A stretch of 57,746 bases of DNA, taken from positions 1-57,746 of IMG/VR virus record IMGVR_UViG_3300014502_000007. One strand, 5' to 3'. The notes under the pieces are model-generated. The model did no database searches, was not told the DNA's origin, and was given only the letters and a program-made list of their open reading frames with translations. Both the position numbers and the translations under genes were made by a program. The stretch comes from a virus. Taxonomy: Duplodnaviria; Caudoviricetes. Positions 1 through 8,909 of the stretch are shown piece by piece. Every line of letters starts with the position of its first letter. The stretch's first letter is position 1.

Positions 1-310
1 ATGCATGTGTGTATGCATGTGTGTATGCATGTGTGTATGCATGTGTGTATGCATGTGTGTATGCATGTGTGTATGCATGTGTGTATGCATGTGTGTATGC
101 ATGTGTGTGCATGTGTGTGTATGCACGTGTGTATGCATGTGTGTATGCATGTGTATGTATGTGTGTGTGCATGTGTGTGTATACATGCCTATGTGCACAT
201 GCCTATGTGTACATGCCTATGTGTACATGCCTATGTGTACATGCCTATGTGTACATGCCTATGTGTACATGCCTATGTGTACACGCCTATGTACACGCCT
301 ATGTACACGC
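1..310. repeat. Simple tandem repeat tract: (ATGCATGTGTGT)x9 and variants, then about 7 copies of ACATGCCTATGTGT
   Basis: Directly visible. 1-108 is nine perfect 12-mers, 1-188 is strict purine/pyrimidine alternation, 183-280 is a 14-mer array. Confidence 0.97.
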
Positions 311-469
311 CTTACCCTTACCTGAAGGTGGCTTCTGTACTGGAGGCTTAGATGTACGACGTTGGTTCTCCTTAAGTCGCTTATCACTTGTCGTTCCCTT
401 ACTTGGCTTACCGCCCATGACTAACATCCTTTCATGTATGTGCGTGTGTGCATGTGTATGTGTGTATAT

Positions 470-585
470 GCCCTTAGACACGTCCTTAGACACGTCCTTA
501 GACACGCCCTTAGACACGCCCTTAGACACGCCCTTAGACACGCCCTTAGACACGCCCTTAGACACGTCCTTAGACACGTCCTTAG
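470..585. repeat. 12-bp tandem repeat GYCCTTAGACAC, 9 full copies plus a partial
   Basis: Directly visible; the last partial copy contains the TAA stop of the 582..836 gene. Confidence 0.97.
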
Positions 586-836
586 GGTGGTGTAACCTCG
601 GTTGTTGCCTCTATCTTTCGATAGAGACCAAGAACATTCTCTTCAACTATCTCATCGATTGCTTGTTCGATCGCAAGACTTTGATCAGCATCAGACAGTT
701 CATCTGAAGTCCTTACTATCCTTGCAAGAAACGACGGTGTGTGATACCCATGTATGTCATCCCATGCATACCACTCATCAAAGTGAGTGAAAGGATTCCA
801 TGGATTGTCTACTGTTGTTAACATATGTTCAACCAT
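582..836 (-). CDS. Conserved-looking phage hypothetical protein (84 aa)
   Basis: GGAGGA RBS; LTTVDNPWNPFTHFDEW motif; directly follows the 900-aa gene. Confidence 0.85.
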   Translation of the reverse strand: MVEHMLTTVDNPWNPFTHFDEWYAWDDIHGYHTPSFLARIVRTSDELSDADQSLAIEQAIDEIVEENVLGLYRKIEATTEVTPP

Positions 837-848
837 GCGTCATCCTCC

Positions 849-3551
849 TCACCCCATACTCTTCATCAATGTGGATACAGACACACCTAATGCATCAGCA
901 ACCTCAGCCTGCGTGTATCCAGAGTCAAGCATTGAACGTGCTCTACTCTTCTTTGATGTTGTCATGACCATAACCTTTTTTGGCGTGGCCAACTTCTTAA
1001 TCTGATCTATGTCACCGTTGTTAAGAACCTTCTCTAGTTGATCTTTACTAATGGCGCCTGCTTGTATGGCTTCCCACTCTTTACTTGTTAGTATGATCTT
1101 TGGTTTCCTGGCCCCGGTTCTTTCACGTGCTGCTTCTAGGGCTTGAAACCTAATCTTCTTTATCTCGGCGGGTTCCATGTCTGCATTAGCGGCCTTCTTA
1201 GCAGCAAAGTTAGTGTTTGCCAGAACCTGTGCTTGCCTTTCAAGCGGTGCGTTCCTTAAAGCAAGATCCAACTTAGCTTTAATAGACTTAACCTCACTTG
1301 AATACACCTTCTTTGCTGACGGTTCAACCTTATTATACTTTACATGAACCATCTCTAGTCGCGCAGTGTTGGCTAGACCCTTCAATTTGTTAGAGTGATC
1401 CGCATAGATCTTCTCTATTGGAGTACCTGATGAAAGGGTATGCGCATTTTCAGTCTCGACCAATTTAAGAGAATGTTGCTTGTTAACTATTAGTTTCTCA
1501 GTTACCTTGCCAGTCCTCTTGTTAGTTGTAGTCTTAATGTAAGACTCTCCAGTTGGCACAAAGACAAGTTTTCCAGTCTTCTTGTCAATTGGCCCACCCT
1601 CTTTTGCTGAACGAGCCTTATATTTAGGAACATCTATTCTTGCTGTAGCTCTAGAGATAAGCGTTGACGCCCCAGCACGAGAACCGCCTTGATAGTCCTT
1701 CTTAAGTTGTGCTATATTATTATCACTAGCGGATAATTTCCAATTTAGTTTATGTTTTTCCGCATCAATAACAACCATAGAATGCTTAACTGCTCGAGCA
1801 AGTTCAGCGTGGGATGCTCCTCGAATAGTCATGTCTGTAATTAGGTTAGAGATCTTTCCCATCTCAACACCTTTAGTTCGGGTGTCCATAACCGTCATAC
1901 CATCATATTTTTTATACAATTCTTTAGGTTTAAAATCTTTCAACTCTGCTAAAGCCGGTGATGTCTTGATCGTATGTCTATTGTTTGGAATAACAAGAAC
2001 AGAATCGCCATCAAAGTCAGCGCCAGAAAGTCTCTCAGCAACCTTTGAGTTTATACCTATAGCATCTTCGGGTCGACCAAGAAGTTTCTTAGACTGAGGA
2101 TGGTTGTTATTTACGGTAAGTTCTGGAATCTCAAATGTTCCACCATGCGGATAGCGAATTAAGGCAACACGTTCACCATTACGGAATTTGGGCGCATAAA
2201 CCTCAGTATCTTTCAAACTATCAACCGGAAGAATAACATGCCAACTCGAACGAGGAAGAGCTGCCGCCTTAAGGTGAACTGCTGATGAATCGGCAGAATC
2301 CGCGAAAGTTTTCAATAATTTTGCGCGAACAACAGGGTTTGTCAGTGCTGATATGCCATCGAGTTCAGCCTTCTTTTTTTCATAGGTCATGGCTAACTGC
2401 GATTTAGCAAAAACAGAACTTTGTTTAGACAACATCTGAGACGAGAGACTCTTCGAATACTTACCCCAACCACCCTCTTCACCAGAACCCGGCTTTGTTC
2501 CAACCAAATTCATTGCTGAGGTAACGTGTTCTTTACCATTAGAATCTTTAGCTTTTATCTGATGAACGACGGCTCCGAATGGGTTACCTTCATCATCTGA
2601 TACAGGCTTCATAGCATCAAGTTTATTACCCGTATCATCTTTACTTGTGTTGAATTCAAGATCTGTTCCTTTAGGTAGACCATCTTTATACATGGCCATA
2701 CCCTTCATATAATGGGTACCATCAACAGCAATACGAACTTGACCATAAGGAGTAGACCCCAAAGAAACATCCGGTACACCAGGTCGGACATAAATTACAC
2801 CATCAGCCTTTGATCCACCTTGGTTTGCATAACGAACCTTAATTCGATCTGAATTTACCTGGATCGGAGGAAGAAGACCAGACCAAGACTTTCCACCATC
2901 ATCAGAGTAATCTGTAATAGAATGAATCTTATCTTTGTTGGACACGATGTCACGGTATGTGGTTCCAGGAGGAGCTAAAACCCTAATGTTAGTTTTCTGA
3001 TTTCCTCCAGTACCAAGTTGATCAACCTGAACTGGGTGTACGGCATAACCATTTACCTTCATAACTTCAATGGCTTTACCAAGTTTGTCTTTGCTAACGT
3101 TTAGATGATATTCAACACCAACCCCAACATCGACAAACCCTTTCTTTGCTACTTGGTCTTTCAACATATTGACTGTTCCCATAAGAGACTCAGCTTTTAG
3201 TTTCTGACCAGGAAGAAGCAACGAACGAACCGAGGATTCGTTTATGTGCATTTCTCGACCAATAGCACTAGTACTCATACCGGTATCACGAAGACGCTGA
3301 GCCTGACTAATGTCTGCCTGCTTCTGAGAACTCTTATACATCAACTTCCTGGCTTGAAGTTCACCTCTGGTCATTCCAAGACCTTTAGCAATCTGAGTGT
3401 CATTCAAACCATGTCTATGAAGATCAGCAACATGGTCAAAGAAAGTCTTACTTCGCATATCTTCAGGATGTTCACCTGATCCCCAAGCATAGCGACCAGA
3501 TTTATGAAGAGTGCCGAAATGCATGAGGTAATCTTCTTCATTAATTATCAC
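849..3551 (-). CDS. Putative single-chain two-barrel (DPBB) DNA-directed RNA polymerase with terminal HTH motifs
   Basis: GADFDGD at aa 510-516 (nt 2004-2024), upstream RYPH, downstream GKISNL and VIDAEK; HTH-like segments at both ends (DTQIAKGLGMT, TSAIGREMHINESSVRS, TQAEVADALGVSVSTL). Confidence 0.75.
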   Translation of the reverse strand: MIINEEDYLMHFGTLHKSGRYAWGSGEHPEDMRSKTFFDHVADLHRHGLNDTQIAKGLGMTRGELQARKLMYKSSQKQADISQAQRLRDTGMSTSAIGREMHINESSVRSLLLPGQKLKAESLMGTVNMLKDQVAKKGFVDVGVGVEYHLNVSKDKLGKAIEVMKVNGYAVHPVQVDQLGTGGNQKTNIRVLAPPGTTYRDIVSNKDKIHSITDYSDDGGKSWSGLLPPIQVNSDRIKVRYANQGGSKADGVIYVRPGVPDVSLGSTPYGQVRIAVDGTHYMKGMAMYKDGLPKGTDLEFNTSKDDTGNKLDAMKPVSDDEGNPFGAVVHQIKAKDSNGKEHVTSAMNLVGTKPGSGEEGGWGKYSKSLSSQMLSKQSSVFAKSQLAMTYEKKKAELDGISALTNPVVRAKLLKTFADSADSSAVHLKAAALPRSSWHVILPVDSLKDTEVYAPKFRNGERVALIRYPHGGTFEIPELTVNNNHPQSKKLLGRPEDAIGINSKVAERLSGADFDGDSVLVIPNNRHTIKTSPALAELKDFKPKELYKKYDGMTVMDTRTKGVEMGKISNLITDMTIRGASHAELARAVKHSMVVIDAEKHKLNWKLSASDNNIAQLKKDYQGGSRAGASTLISRATARIDVPKYKARSAKEGGPIDKKTGKLVFVPTGESYIKTTTNKRTGKVTEKLIVNKQHSLKLVETENAHTLSSGTPIEKIYADHSNKLKGLANTARLEMVHVKYNKVEPSAKKVYSSEVKSIKAKLDLALRNAPLERQAQVLANTNFAAKKAANADMEPAEIKKIRFQALEAARERTGARKPKIILTSKEWEAIQAGAISKDQLEKVLNNGDIDQIKKLATPKKVMVMTTSKKSRARSMLDSGYTQAEVADALGVSVSTLMKSMG

Positions 3552-3567
3552 ACGACACTCCTTTCAC

Positions 3568-4128
3568 TCATTGAGCCAACTCCGCTTTGATGGATTCAAT
3601 TCGTTTATTAAAAGTAACAATTCGATCCATAATGTGGACAAGGACGTCAGGATCTGCCTCATAGATTCGAACTTCATCATTCTGGTAGATACGAAGTTCA
3701 GTCTCAATATCAAATGGCCTAACATGATACTCAAGACAGAAAAGTGCAGCATACACTTCTAACTGGTGTTCTGAAGTCTGAGTTACACCAGTCTTTAAAT
3801 CATGAACCCTAAGTTTGTTACGATGAAACGAAATGGTATCAGCAGTGCCAAAACAATTATCAGAATAGTATAAGATCTGTTCAGAAGTCATCCTATATCC
3901 AATGGCATCGTTAACATACAAATGCAGAGTCTTTACTGTCTTTGGAAGTTTGATACCTAACCGAATAGCCTCATGGGCAAACACATGAAGCTCGGTCCCT
4001 CGACGAGCTGCAAGAGCAGCAATGTAGACGCGGTCAATCTTTTCATCATCATACCCAATCCAATGGTATTTGGATGCACTAAGGAATGCATGCTGACCTA
4101 TAAGATTACTATGCTCATTAAACTGCAT
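3568..4128 (-). CDS. PD-(D/E)XK exonuclease (Cas4/DUF2800-like)
   Basis: HAFLSAS, RGTELH, FGTAD, HDLKTG and QLEVYA motifs. Confidence 0.8.
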   Translation of the reverse strand: MQFNEHSNLIGQHAFLSASKYHWIGYDDEKIDRVYIAALAARRGTELHVFAHEAIRLGIKLPKTVKTLHLYVNDAIGYRMTSEQILYYSDNCFGTADTISFHRNKLRVHDLKTGVTQTSEHQLEVYAALFCLEYHVRPFDIETELRIYQNDEVRIYEADPDVLVHIMDRIVTFNKRIESIKAELAQ

Positions 4129-4143
4129 ACAGCAACCTCCTAG

Positions 4144-4437
4144 TCAGTGAATTCGAAAGTGTCTTTTAAGTTCATCCAGAATAGTCACTTCATTAGCAGG
4201 CCAGATAAAAGCAGCATACGACATTTTGTCAAGTTCATAAACATAGTATTCTTGATTAGCCTGAGTTGATGATTCTACTGATGCCTTAACCTCAAGCATA
4301 GCCCACCTATCTTTGTATAAGATGGTGAGGTCTGGAATGCCTTGTATGTAATCTGTGTCGTTCTTTAAAATAATACAACCAGGAAATCTATGATGAAGCC
4401 TTTTTATTAGCCGGGCTTGATACTCTCGTTCTAACAC
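4144..4437 (-). CDS. VRR-NUC / Holliday-junction-resolvase-like nuclease
   Basis: E..YQ, GIPDL, LEVK, Q.NQ pattern in 97 aa; GGAGG RBS, GTG start. Confidence 0.8.
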   Translation of the reverse strand: MLEREYQARLIKRLHHRFPGCIILKNDTDYIQGIPDLTILYKDRWAMLEVKASVESSTQANQEYYVYELDKMSYAAFIWPANEVTILDELKRHFRIH

Positions 4438-4492
4438 ACGGCCTCCAAGACAAAATTAAATGAAATGAATTTTAGTAATTTTCCCCTCTTCT

Positions 4493-4517
4493 ATTATAAC
4501 CCGCGAATTATGTGCGG
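4493..4517 (-). promoter_or_regulatory. Phage promoter motif CCGC-N15-TATAAT upstream of the nuclease/RNAP operon
   Basis: Minus strand CCGCACATAATTCGCGGGTTATAAT; same spacing as 13 other copies. Confidence 0.65.
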
Positions 4518-4531
4518 GTTAATACCATATG

Positions 4532-5035
4532 TCAGATATATTGTAAACTGAACCCTGTTGGAAAGATACATTTCTCATTCAATATAGCGTTGTGTATTCC
4601 AAGATCAGTTCCCTCAAGAAGACCATAGATAACTGCGCAGTCTCTTGGGTGGTAAAACACTTCGTTGGTGTCAATTATCTCAAACGGTCTGGTCCAATTT
4701 GGAAATGGTTCATTACGCCTCTCTTGATGATACCTAACAGCAAACCAACGAGGACGCCACATAAGATTGTCAACTCGACAGTTCGAACGATCGCCATCTA
4801 ATTGAATTGGCGTTGTAAAATCATCACGTGGTGGGTCTGGTAAAAAGGTTTGCGCAACTAAGAGCGCAACTGACATTGTGAGGTAGTGTTTATCTTGATA
4901 GAGAGTTATCTTCTCAACTCCTTGTTGATTTTGAGAAGATGTTATAGGTTGCCCTGTTTTACGACTTTCAACGTTCCCAAGTGTACTTAATAGATAGTTT
5001 GACGCTTTTGGTATTGGTATCCAATTTTCAAGCAT
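4532..5035 (-). CDS. NUMOD4 + HNH-like protein (degenerate HNH)
   Basis: WIPIP..SNYLLSTLGNV N-terminus; VALLVAQTF; IQLDGDRSNCRVDNLMW. Confidence 0.75.
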   Translation of the reverse strand: MLENWIPIPKASNYLLSTLGNVESRKTGQPITSSQNQQGVEKITLYQDKHYLTMSVALLVAQTFLPDPPRDDFTTPIQLDGDRSNCRVDNLMWRPRWFAVRYHQERRNEPFPNWTRPFEIIDTNEVFYHPRDCAVIYGLLEGTDLGIHNAILNEKCIFPTGFSLQYI

Positions 5036-5059
5036 TTATGTCCTTTCAACGTTTATTCT

Positions 5060-5410
5060 TGCCCGTACAGTATTAAGTCCTAATCGGTCAAAATTTGCCA
5101 AGATTTTAGGCCTATAGAGTCTGTATATTTCTTATGTTAATACTATAGTATTAAGTGACGAATTGTAGTACAGAGTTTACGATAATTCTTGGCAGATTGT
5201 AGGACAACAAAAAAGGGTTGTTTTTCTGTATAATGCCTGCTCAGAGGCTTTTGGTGCCCGTACAGTATTAAGTCCAAATCGGTCAAATCTGAAAATGGTT
5301 TTTAAAACCGTTTTTTGGACCACCTTTTTTGGACCAATTTTTGCCCTATTTTTGCCCTCATTTTAACACCCATTTTTGCAAAATCTTGGCAATTCTTGGC
5401 AAACTTAATA
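5060..5410. other. Probable replication origin (direct repeats, AT-rich)
   Basis: 33-bp direct repeat at 5060-5092 and 5255-5287 (1 mismatch); TCTTGGCA, TTTTTGGACCA and TTTTTGCCCT repeats; non-coding; next to the helicase. Confidence 0.55.
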
Positions 5411-5421
5411 CCATAGTTCCT

Positions 5422-6591
5422 CTAATTCCCGATTTTTGACAAGAAACTGGACTCATTAAAGTTCCTCTTTCCCGACAAAGATTTCGCGATTGCTTGGTCA
5501 ATTACCGATTTTGACTTCAATGTAAAGTAGTAAAGATCAGTAAACGGAGTGTTCAGTCGATCGATTCTACCATGCGCCTGATGCCAATTCTTATACGAAT
5601 ATGTCAAAGAATAGAACACAACAGCATCAGTATCTATACAATTCCATCCTTCCGATCCAGCAACATACTGAACCAAATATACCCATTTATCTCCGGTGGG
5701 AATGTCTTCATGACGATGCCCATTCCACTCAGCCACAGGAATGTACTTACCCAATAGTCGAAGCATCTCCAACTCATAATCAAAATTATAGAAAATTATA
5801 AGTTTGTCATGACTGTCCATAAGTTTACGGACGGCCATGAGTCTTGATAGATCTGAGTTGACTACCTTCCGCAAGACATAGAACATCTCTGCCACATTCT
5901 TGAGCGGCCTTTCCTCAAAGACATTCCAGCGCTTCTTTAGAACAGTATTGAACTTCTCCTCATTGTAGTCAACCAAGATTGTTGACGAATGCCTAACCGT
6001 ATGCTTCTCATAAGGCATCTCAACGAGGATGTCATTACGAAGTCGTACAAGTCTTCCGACATTTTGGTATCTTAGGATCTTAGGAAACTTTGAGAAAGCC
6101 GCATAGATGACATGCTGGTCTTTGAACTGGGTTCTGTTCTTATAAAAGCCGTTGGCGATGAAGACAGGGATGTAATCAATCCAGGTATCGCCAGGAGTAG
6201 CGCTAAGTAGTATCCATCGATTAAGTCTTGCAATCTTGATGAACGCTTTGGACCATGCTCCGCTTCCCACAAGACGTTGTTCGTCAAAAATGAAGAAGGC
6301 ATTCTCAACTCCCGTGTAGTTTCCAATGTTGTTCCAAGAGTCAACAGTCAGTACTCCAGCAACTGTAGCATTCCTTTCTTTCCCGATGCCATAATGTACA
6401 AACTCTTTCTCCCAATCAAGACTATCACGTTTCTTAGCCGTGGTAATCACATAGACATCTTTTGGTGCTTCATTCTTCATGTAGTAGGCAGCAGCAACTT
6501 TGGATTTACCCGAGCCAACGCCTCCCCAAAGAATGGAGCCATTTCGCAGTTTCTTTACAGCATCCTTTTGATGCTGATACAAAGTGTCCAT
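5422..6591 (-). CDS. SF2 (SNF2/DEAD-like) helicase
   Basis: GGVGSGKS Walker A, FIFDE Walker [14 protein letters not shown]. Confidence 0.92.
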   Translation of the reverse strand: MDTLYQHQKDAVKKLRNGSILWGGVGSGKSKVAAAYYMKNEAPKDVYVITTAKKRDSLDWEKEFVHYGIGKERNATVAGVLTVDSWNNIGNYTGVENAFFIFDEQRLVGSGAWSKAFIKIARLNRWILLSATPGDTWIDYIPVFIANGFYKNRTQFKDQHVIYAAFSKFPKILRYQNVGRLVRLRNDILVEMPYEKHTVRHSSTILVDYNEEKFNTVLKKRWNVFEERPLKNVAEMFYVLRKVVNSDLSRLMAVRKLMDSHDKLIIFYNFDYELEMLRLLGKYIPVAEWNGHRHEDIPTGDKWVYLVQYVAGSEGWNCIDTDAVVFYSLTYSYKNWHQAHGRIDRLNTPFTDLYYFTLKSKSVIDQAIAKSLSGKRNFNESSFLSKIGN

Positions 6592-6603
6592 GGCTCCTCC
6601 TTT

Positions 6604-6783
6604 CTAGTCAGTTAAATCAGTAACAACCCATAAGATGAAAGCTAAGATAAGGAAAACAGAACCGGTGTCCACCAGTCGATCGTGTAGGTCTTTTGATAAC
6701 CAAATAGAACCTAAAAATGTTATTAGAGATAAGAACAGAGAAATACCAGCCAGAACACGACCTGTTGTTTTATTGGCTTTCAT
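6604..6783 (-). CDS. Small two-TM membrane protein
   Basis: AGGAGGAG RBS before ATG at 6783; two hydrophobic segments. Confidence 0.7.
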   Translation of the reverse strand: MKANKTTGRVLAGISLFLSLITFLGSIWLSKDLHDRLVDTGSVFLILAFILWVVTDLTD

Positions 6784-6794
6784 CACTCCTCCTT

Positions 6795-7052
6795 TCAACC
6801 AATTAGACGAAACCCGTCACTGATCTTTACTGACATAGCGATTAGTGTGTTATGTAACCTATCAAACAAATCCCCATTCATACCCGACACAAGAACATCA
6901 GGCGTAAAGTAAACTTGAGTAATTCTCAACCCTTCTATCTTACAAACAGCCTTTGAGTTATTAATCACAACGTAGTCAAACTCAAGAGTACCGAGAAACT
7001 TCTTGACAAACTCAAGATCAATACCATCTTTAACAACCAGTACTGATGTCAT
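6795..7052 (-). CDS. Hypothetical protein
   Basis: AAGGAGGAG RBS; fits the gene chain. Confidence 0.75.
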   Translation of the reverse strand: MTSVLVVKDGIDLEFVKKFLGTLEFDYVVINNSKAVCKIEGLRITQVYFTPDVLVSGMNGDLFDRLHNTLIAMSVKISDGFRLIG

Positions 7053-7224
7053 TACTCCTCCTTATTTATACCGGGCTCGCCACCATCCGAGCATTGACAA
7101 GGATATCCTGTAAGATGTCCTTTCTCAAAATGGTGATGGTGTGGTCTTAACTGCGGTTTGGTGCAACCCATCAACGAACAGTACTCAATTCGCTTTCCTG
7201 CATTATGTGTTGGCCTGAACCAAT

Positions 7225-7422
7225 TCATCTCGGCCTCATTTCAAACTTATCGGGATCAATGCCAGCCGCCATGAGCTCGAAAGGTGTCGGGGGTTTACAG
7301 AAAGCATCATGATGATGATGTAATCTTTCTGGGCAGTCCTTAGTACCAATACCATGATGCGTACCATTGTGACCAAACGACCAATCACCGTTCTTTAGAC
7401 GAAGAATACGTGATGTTGTCAT
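7225..7422 (-). CDS. Hypothetical His/Cys-rich protein
   Basis: AAGGA RBS; abuts the upstream stop. Confidence 0.65.
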   Translation of the reverse strand: MTTSRILRLKNGDWSFGHNGTHHGIGTKDCPERLHHHHDAFCKPPTPFELMAAGIDPDKFEMRPR

Positions 7423-7423
7423 G

Positions 7424-7711
7424 TTATTCCTTATGCTTCTCTAACCAAGCGATGATCACATCACCATGGCAAGGGTTTGGTGGGCAGTAACAAGATAGAT
7501 CATGCCCTCGTAAGGAGAGAATTGCATCTCGATAATCTAATCGAGTATCAACCTGACTATGAAACCAGATCCTATACAAGTCGATAACTCGCTCGCGTTC
7601 CTCCTCAGTGTCAACAGTCATCCTGAATGGGTTACCGAAGAAACCAGGCCTCCCAATGTAGATACTGCCATTTGGCGTTTGGTCACCTCGTTCGCAATGT
7701 ATCACCTTCAT
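7424..7711 (-). CDS. DUF4326-family protein
   Basis: YIGRP..FGNPF and LRGHDLSCYCPPNPCHGDVI motifs. Confidence 0.85.
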   Translation of the reverse strand: MKVIHCERGDQTPNGSIYIGRPGFFGNPFRMTVDTEEERERVIDLYRIWFHSQVDTRLDYRDAILSLRGHDLSCYCPPNPCHGDVIIAWLEKHKE

Positions 7712-8037
7712 GGTTTCTCCCTATCCCTACCAAGAGTTTTGTAGCAAGTACAGATCAAAACTTGACCATGCCGAGTGTTCATAAGTTCAAACTCCCCTCC
7801 ACAATAAAGATGCTCGATATACCAGAGTTGCCATGGTGCGAGATCGTCTGAGTTTACCGTCAAGGTTTTGTTTATAAGATCTCTGGACAACTGTCGTAAC
7901 GTTCGTTTTGGTGGTTCTGGGTCTGGTCCATACCACTTATACGGAGGAACTGTGCTATATCGGTTTCGTCTTAGAATAGAACTCGCCAGCTCAGCTTCTT
8001 TCTTGAAAGCCTCAACATTTTCTTTCGACGTCATCAA
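7708..8037 (-). CDS. Hypothetical protein
   Basis: GGAGG RBS; ATGA overlap with the next gene. Confidence 0.7.
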   Translation of the reverse strand: MMTSKENVEAFKKEAELASSILRRNRYSTVPPYKWYGPDPEPPKRTLRQLSRDLINKTLTVNSDDLAPWQLWYIEHLYCGGEFELMNTRHGQVLICTCYKTLGRDREKP

Positions 8038-8046
8038 TCCACCCTC

Positions 8047-8259
8047 CTAATCAATGTCATACGTACGACTTGCGATATCAGCCAATACTTGAGCGACAAT
8101 AAAGGGTGCTGCTTCCCTCACAGGAACAATCGCCATCTCACGAAGTTGCACCTGCATCATCACGTCGGTTGTGTCCCAGTCAATGCCAGCATCGTTTCCA
8201 ATAGCCTTCGCTGCCTCCTCAACAGCCTCAGTTATATTTAAACCGATGTGTTCAATCAT
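8047..8259 (-). CDS. Hypothetical protein (start likely MIEH)
   Basis: GAAAGGA RBS before ATG at 8259. Confidence 0.7.
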   Translation of the reverse strand: MIEHIGLNITEAVEEAAKAIGNDAGIDWDTTDVMMQVQLREMAIVPVREAAPFIVAQVLADIASRTYDID

Positions 8260-8291
8260 ATGACTTCCTTTCAAGGTAGTCTCCTTAGAGG

Positions 8292-8327
8292 CAAAAACTA
8301 AAACCGATTCTTTGGTCTTAGTTTTTG
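8292..8327 (-). terminator. Intrinsic terminator closing a cassette
   Basis: CAAAAACTAAGACC / GGTTTTAGTTTTTG inverted repeat, followed by CC. Confidence 0.7.
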
Positions 8328-8346
8328 AGGTTTCTAGTTGGGTTGA

Positions 8347-8472
8347 TCAATTCTCCTTATCTTTCGTAACAACGATGATCACAACCATTCCAATAATCAT
8401 AGCTGTTTGGAACGCGATGACTTTGATGAATGATTTGGTGTTCGGGTCGAAGTTCTTCCATTTGTTGAACAT
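8347..8472 (-). CDS. 41-aa membrane peptide (cassette gene, not in ORF track)
   Basis: MFNKWKNFDPNTKSFIKVIAFQTAMIIGMVVIIVVTKDKEN; shared leader GAGACCCTATGAAAGGAAAGACC-ATG. Confidence 0.8.
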   Translation of the reverse strand: MFNKWKNFDPNTKSFIKVIAFQTAMIIGMVVIIVVTKDKEN

Positions 8473-8495
8473 GGTCTTTCCTTTCATAGGGTCTC

Positions 8496-8520
8496 GTTAT
8501 AACCTATGTTTTACACGCGA
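8496..8520 (-). promoter_or_regulatory. Phage promoter motif TCGC-N15-TATAAC
   Basis: TCGCGTGTAAAACATAGGTTATAAC. Confidence 0.8.
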
Positions 8521-8524
8521 AGGC

Positions 8525-8561
8525 AAACCTAAAGCCCGTGTATATGTGGGCTGTCGGCTTT
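8525..8561 (-). terminator. Intrinsic terminator abutting the next promoter
   Basis: AAAGCCGACAGCCC-loop-GGGCTTTAGGTTTGCC. Confidence 0.7.
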
Positions 8562-8823
8562 AGAACCTTTTGATTTGTGTAACGTAGCTCAAGTGGGCAT
8601 AACGAACAGCAGCATCATCGTCGAAGGCAAAGGTCTTATGGAATTTGTCCGCAGGTACAATGGTGGATGTGCGCTTTAGCACGAGGAGGTAGTCGCCATT
8701 TTGGATATATGGTTCTGCTTCACTCGGGGAAAAGTCGAACAAGTCTTTGTAGTTGGACATGGATTCTGGTGTAATCTTTACAGCAGCGCCGGTGATGAGC
8801 TTCCGTTTGAATATGTTGAACAT
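8560..8823 (-). CDS. 87-aa cassette protein (true start MFNIFK at 8823)
   Basis: The ORF-track N-terminal extension is translated promoter/leader; AAAGGA RBS before ATG at 8823. Confidence 0.8.
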   Translation of the reverse strand: MFNIFKRKLITGAAVKITPESMSNYKDLFDFSPSEAEPYIQNGDYLLVLKRTSTIVPADKFHKTFAFDDDAAVRYAHLSYVTQIKRF

Positions 8824-8847
8824 GGTCTTTCCTTTCATAGGGGTCTC

Positions 8848-8872
8848 ATTATATGAAAGGTTTTTCCTGCGA
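8848..8872 (-). promoter_or_regulatory. Phage promoter motif TCGC-N15-TATAAT
   Basis: TCGCAGGAAAAACCTTTCATATAAT. Confidence 0.85.
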
Positions 8873-8875
8873 GGC

Positions 8876-8909
8876 AAACCGTAAGCCCGTGTTAGGGGCT
8901 GTGGGTTTT
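8876..8909 (-). terminator. Intrinsic terminator, CTAACA loop
   Basis: AAAACCCACAGCCC-CTAACAC-GGGCTTACGGTTTGCC. Confidence 0.7.

Noticed and set aside
1-707. Plus-strand ORFs of 106-232 aa (MHVC, CVYA repeats)
   Set aside because: Translations of stop-free microsatellite; no RBS; opposite to the genome-wide coding strand
849-3551. Repressor or lysogeny module suggested by the HTH motifs
   Set aside because: The HTHs belong to the 900-aa polymerase-like protein; no integrase, att-like site or divergent repressor pair was seen
8824-8877. N-terminal extensions such as YNETPMKG in several ORF-track proteins (also 9195, 27015, 29117, 30190, 31994, 32474)
   Set aside because: They are translations of the shared promoter/leader; the RBS places the real starts downstream
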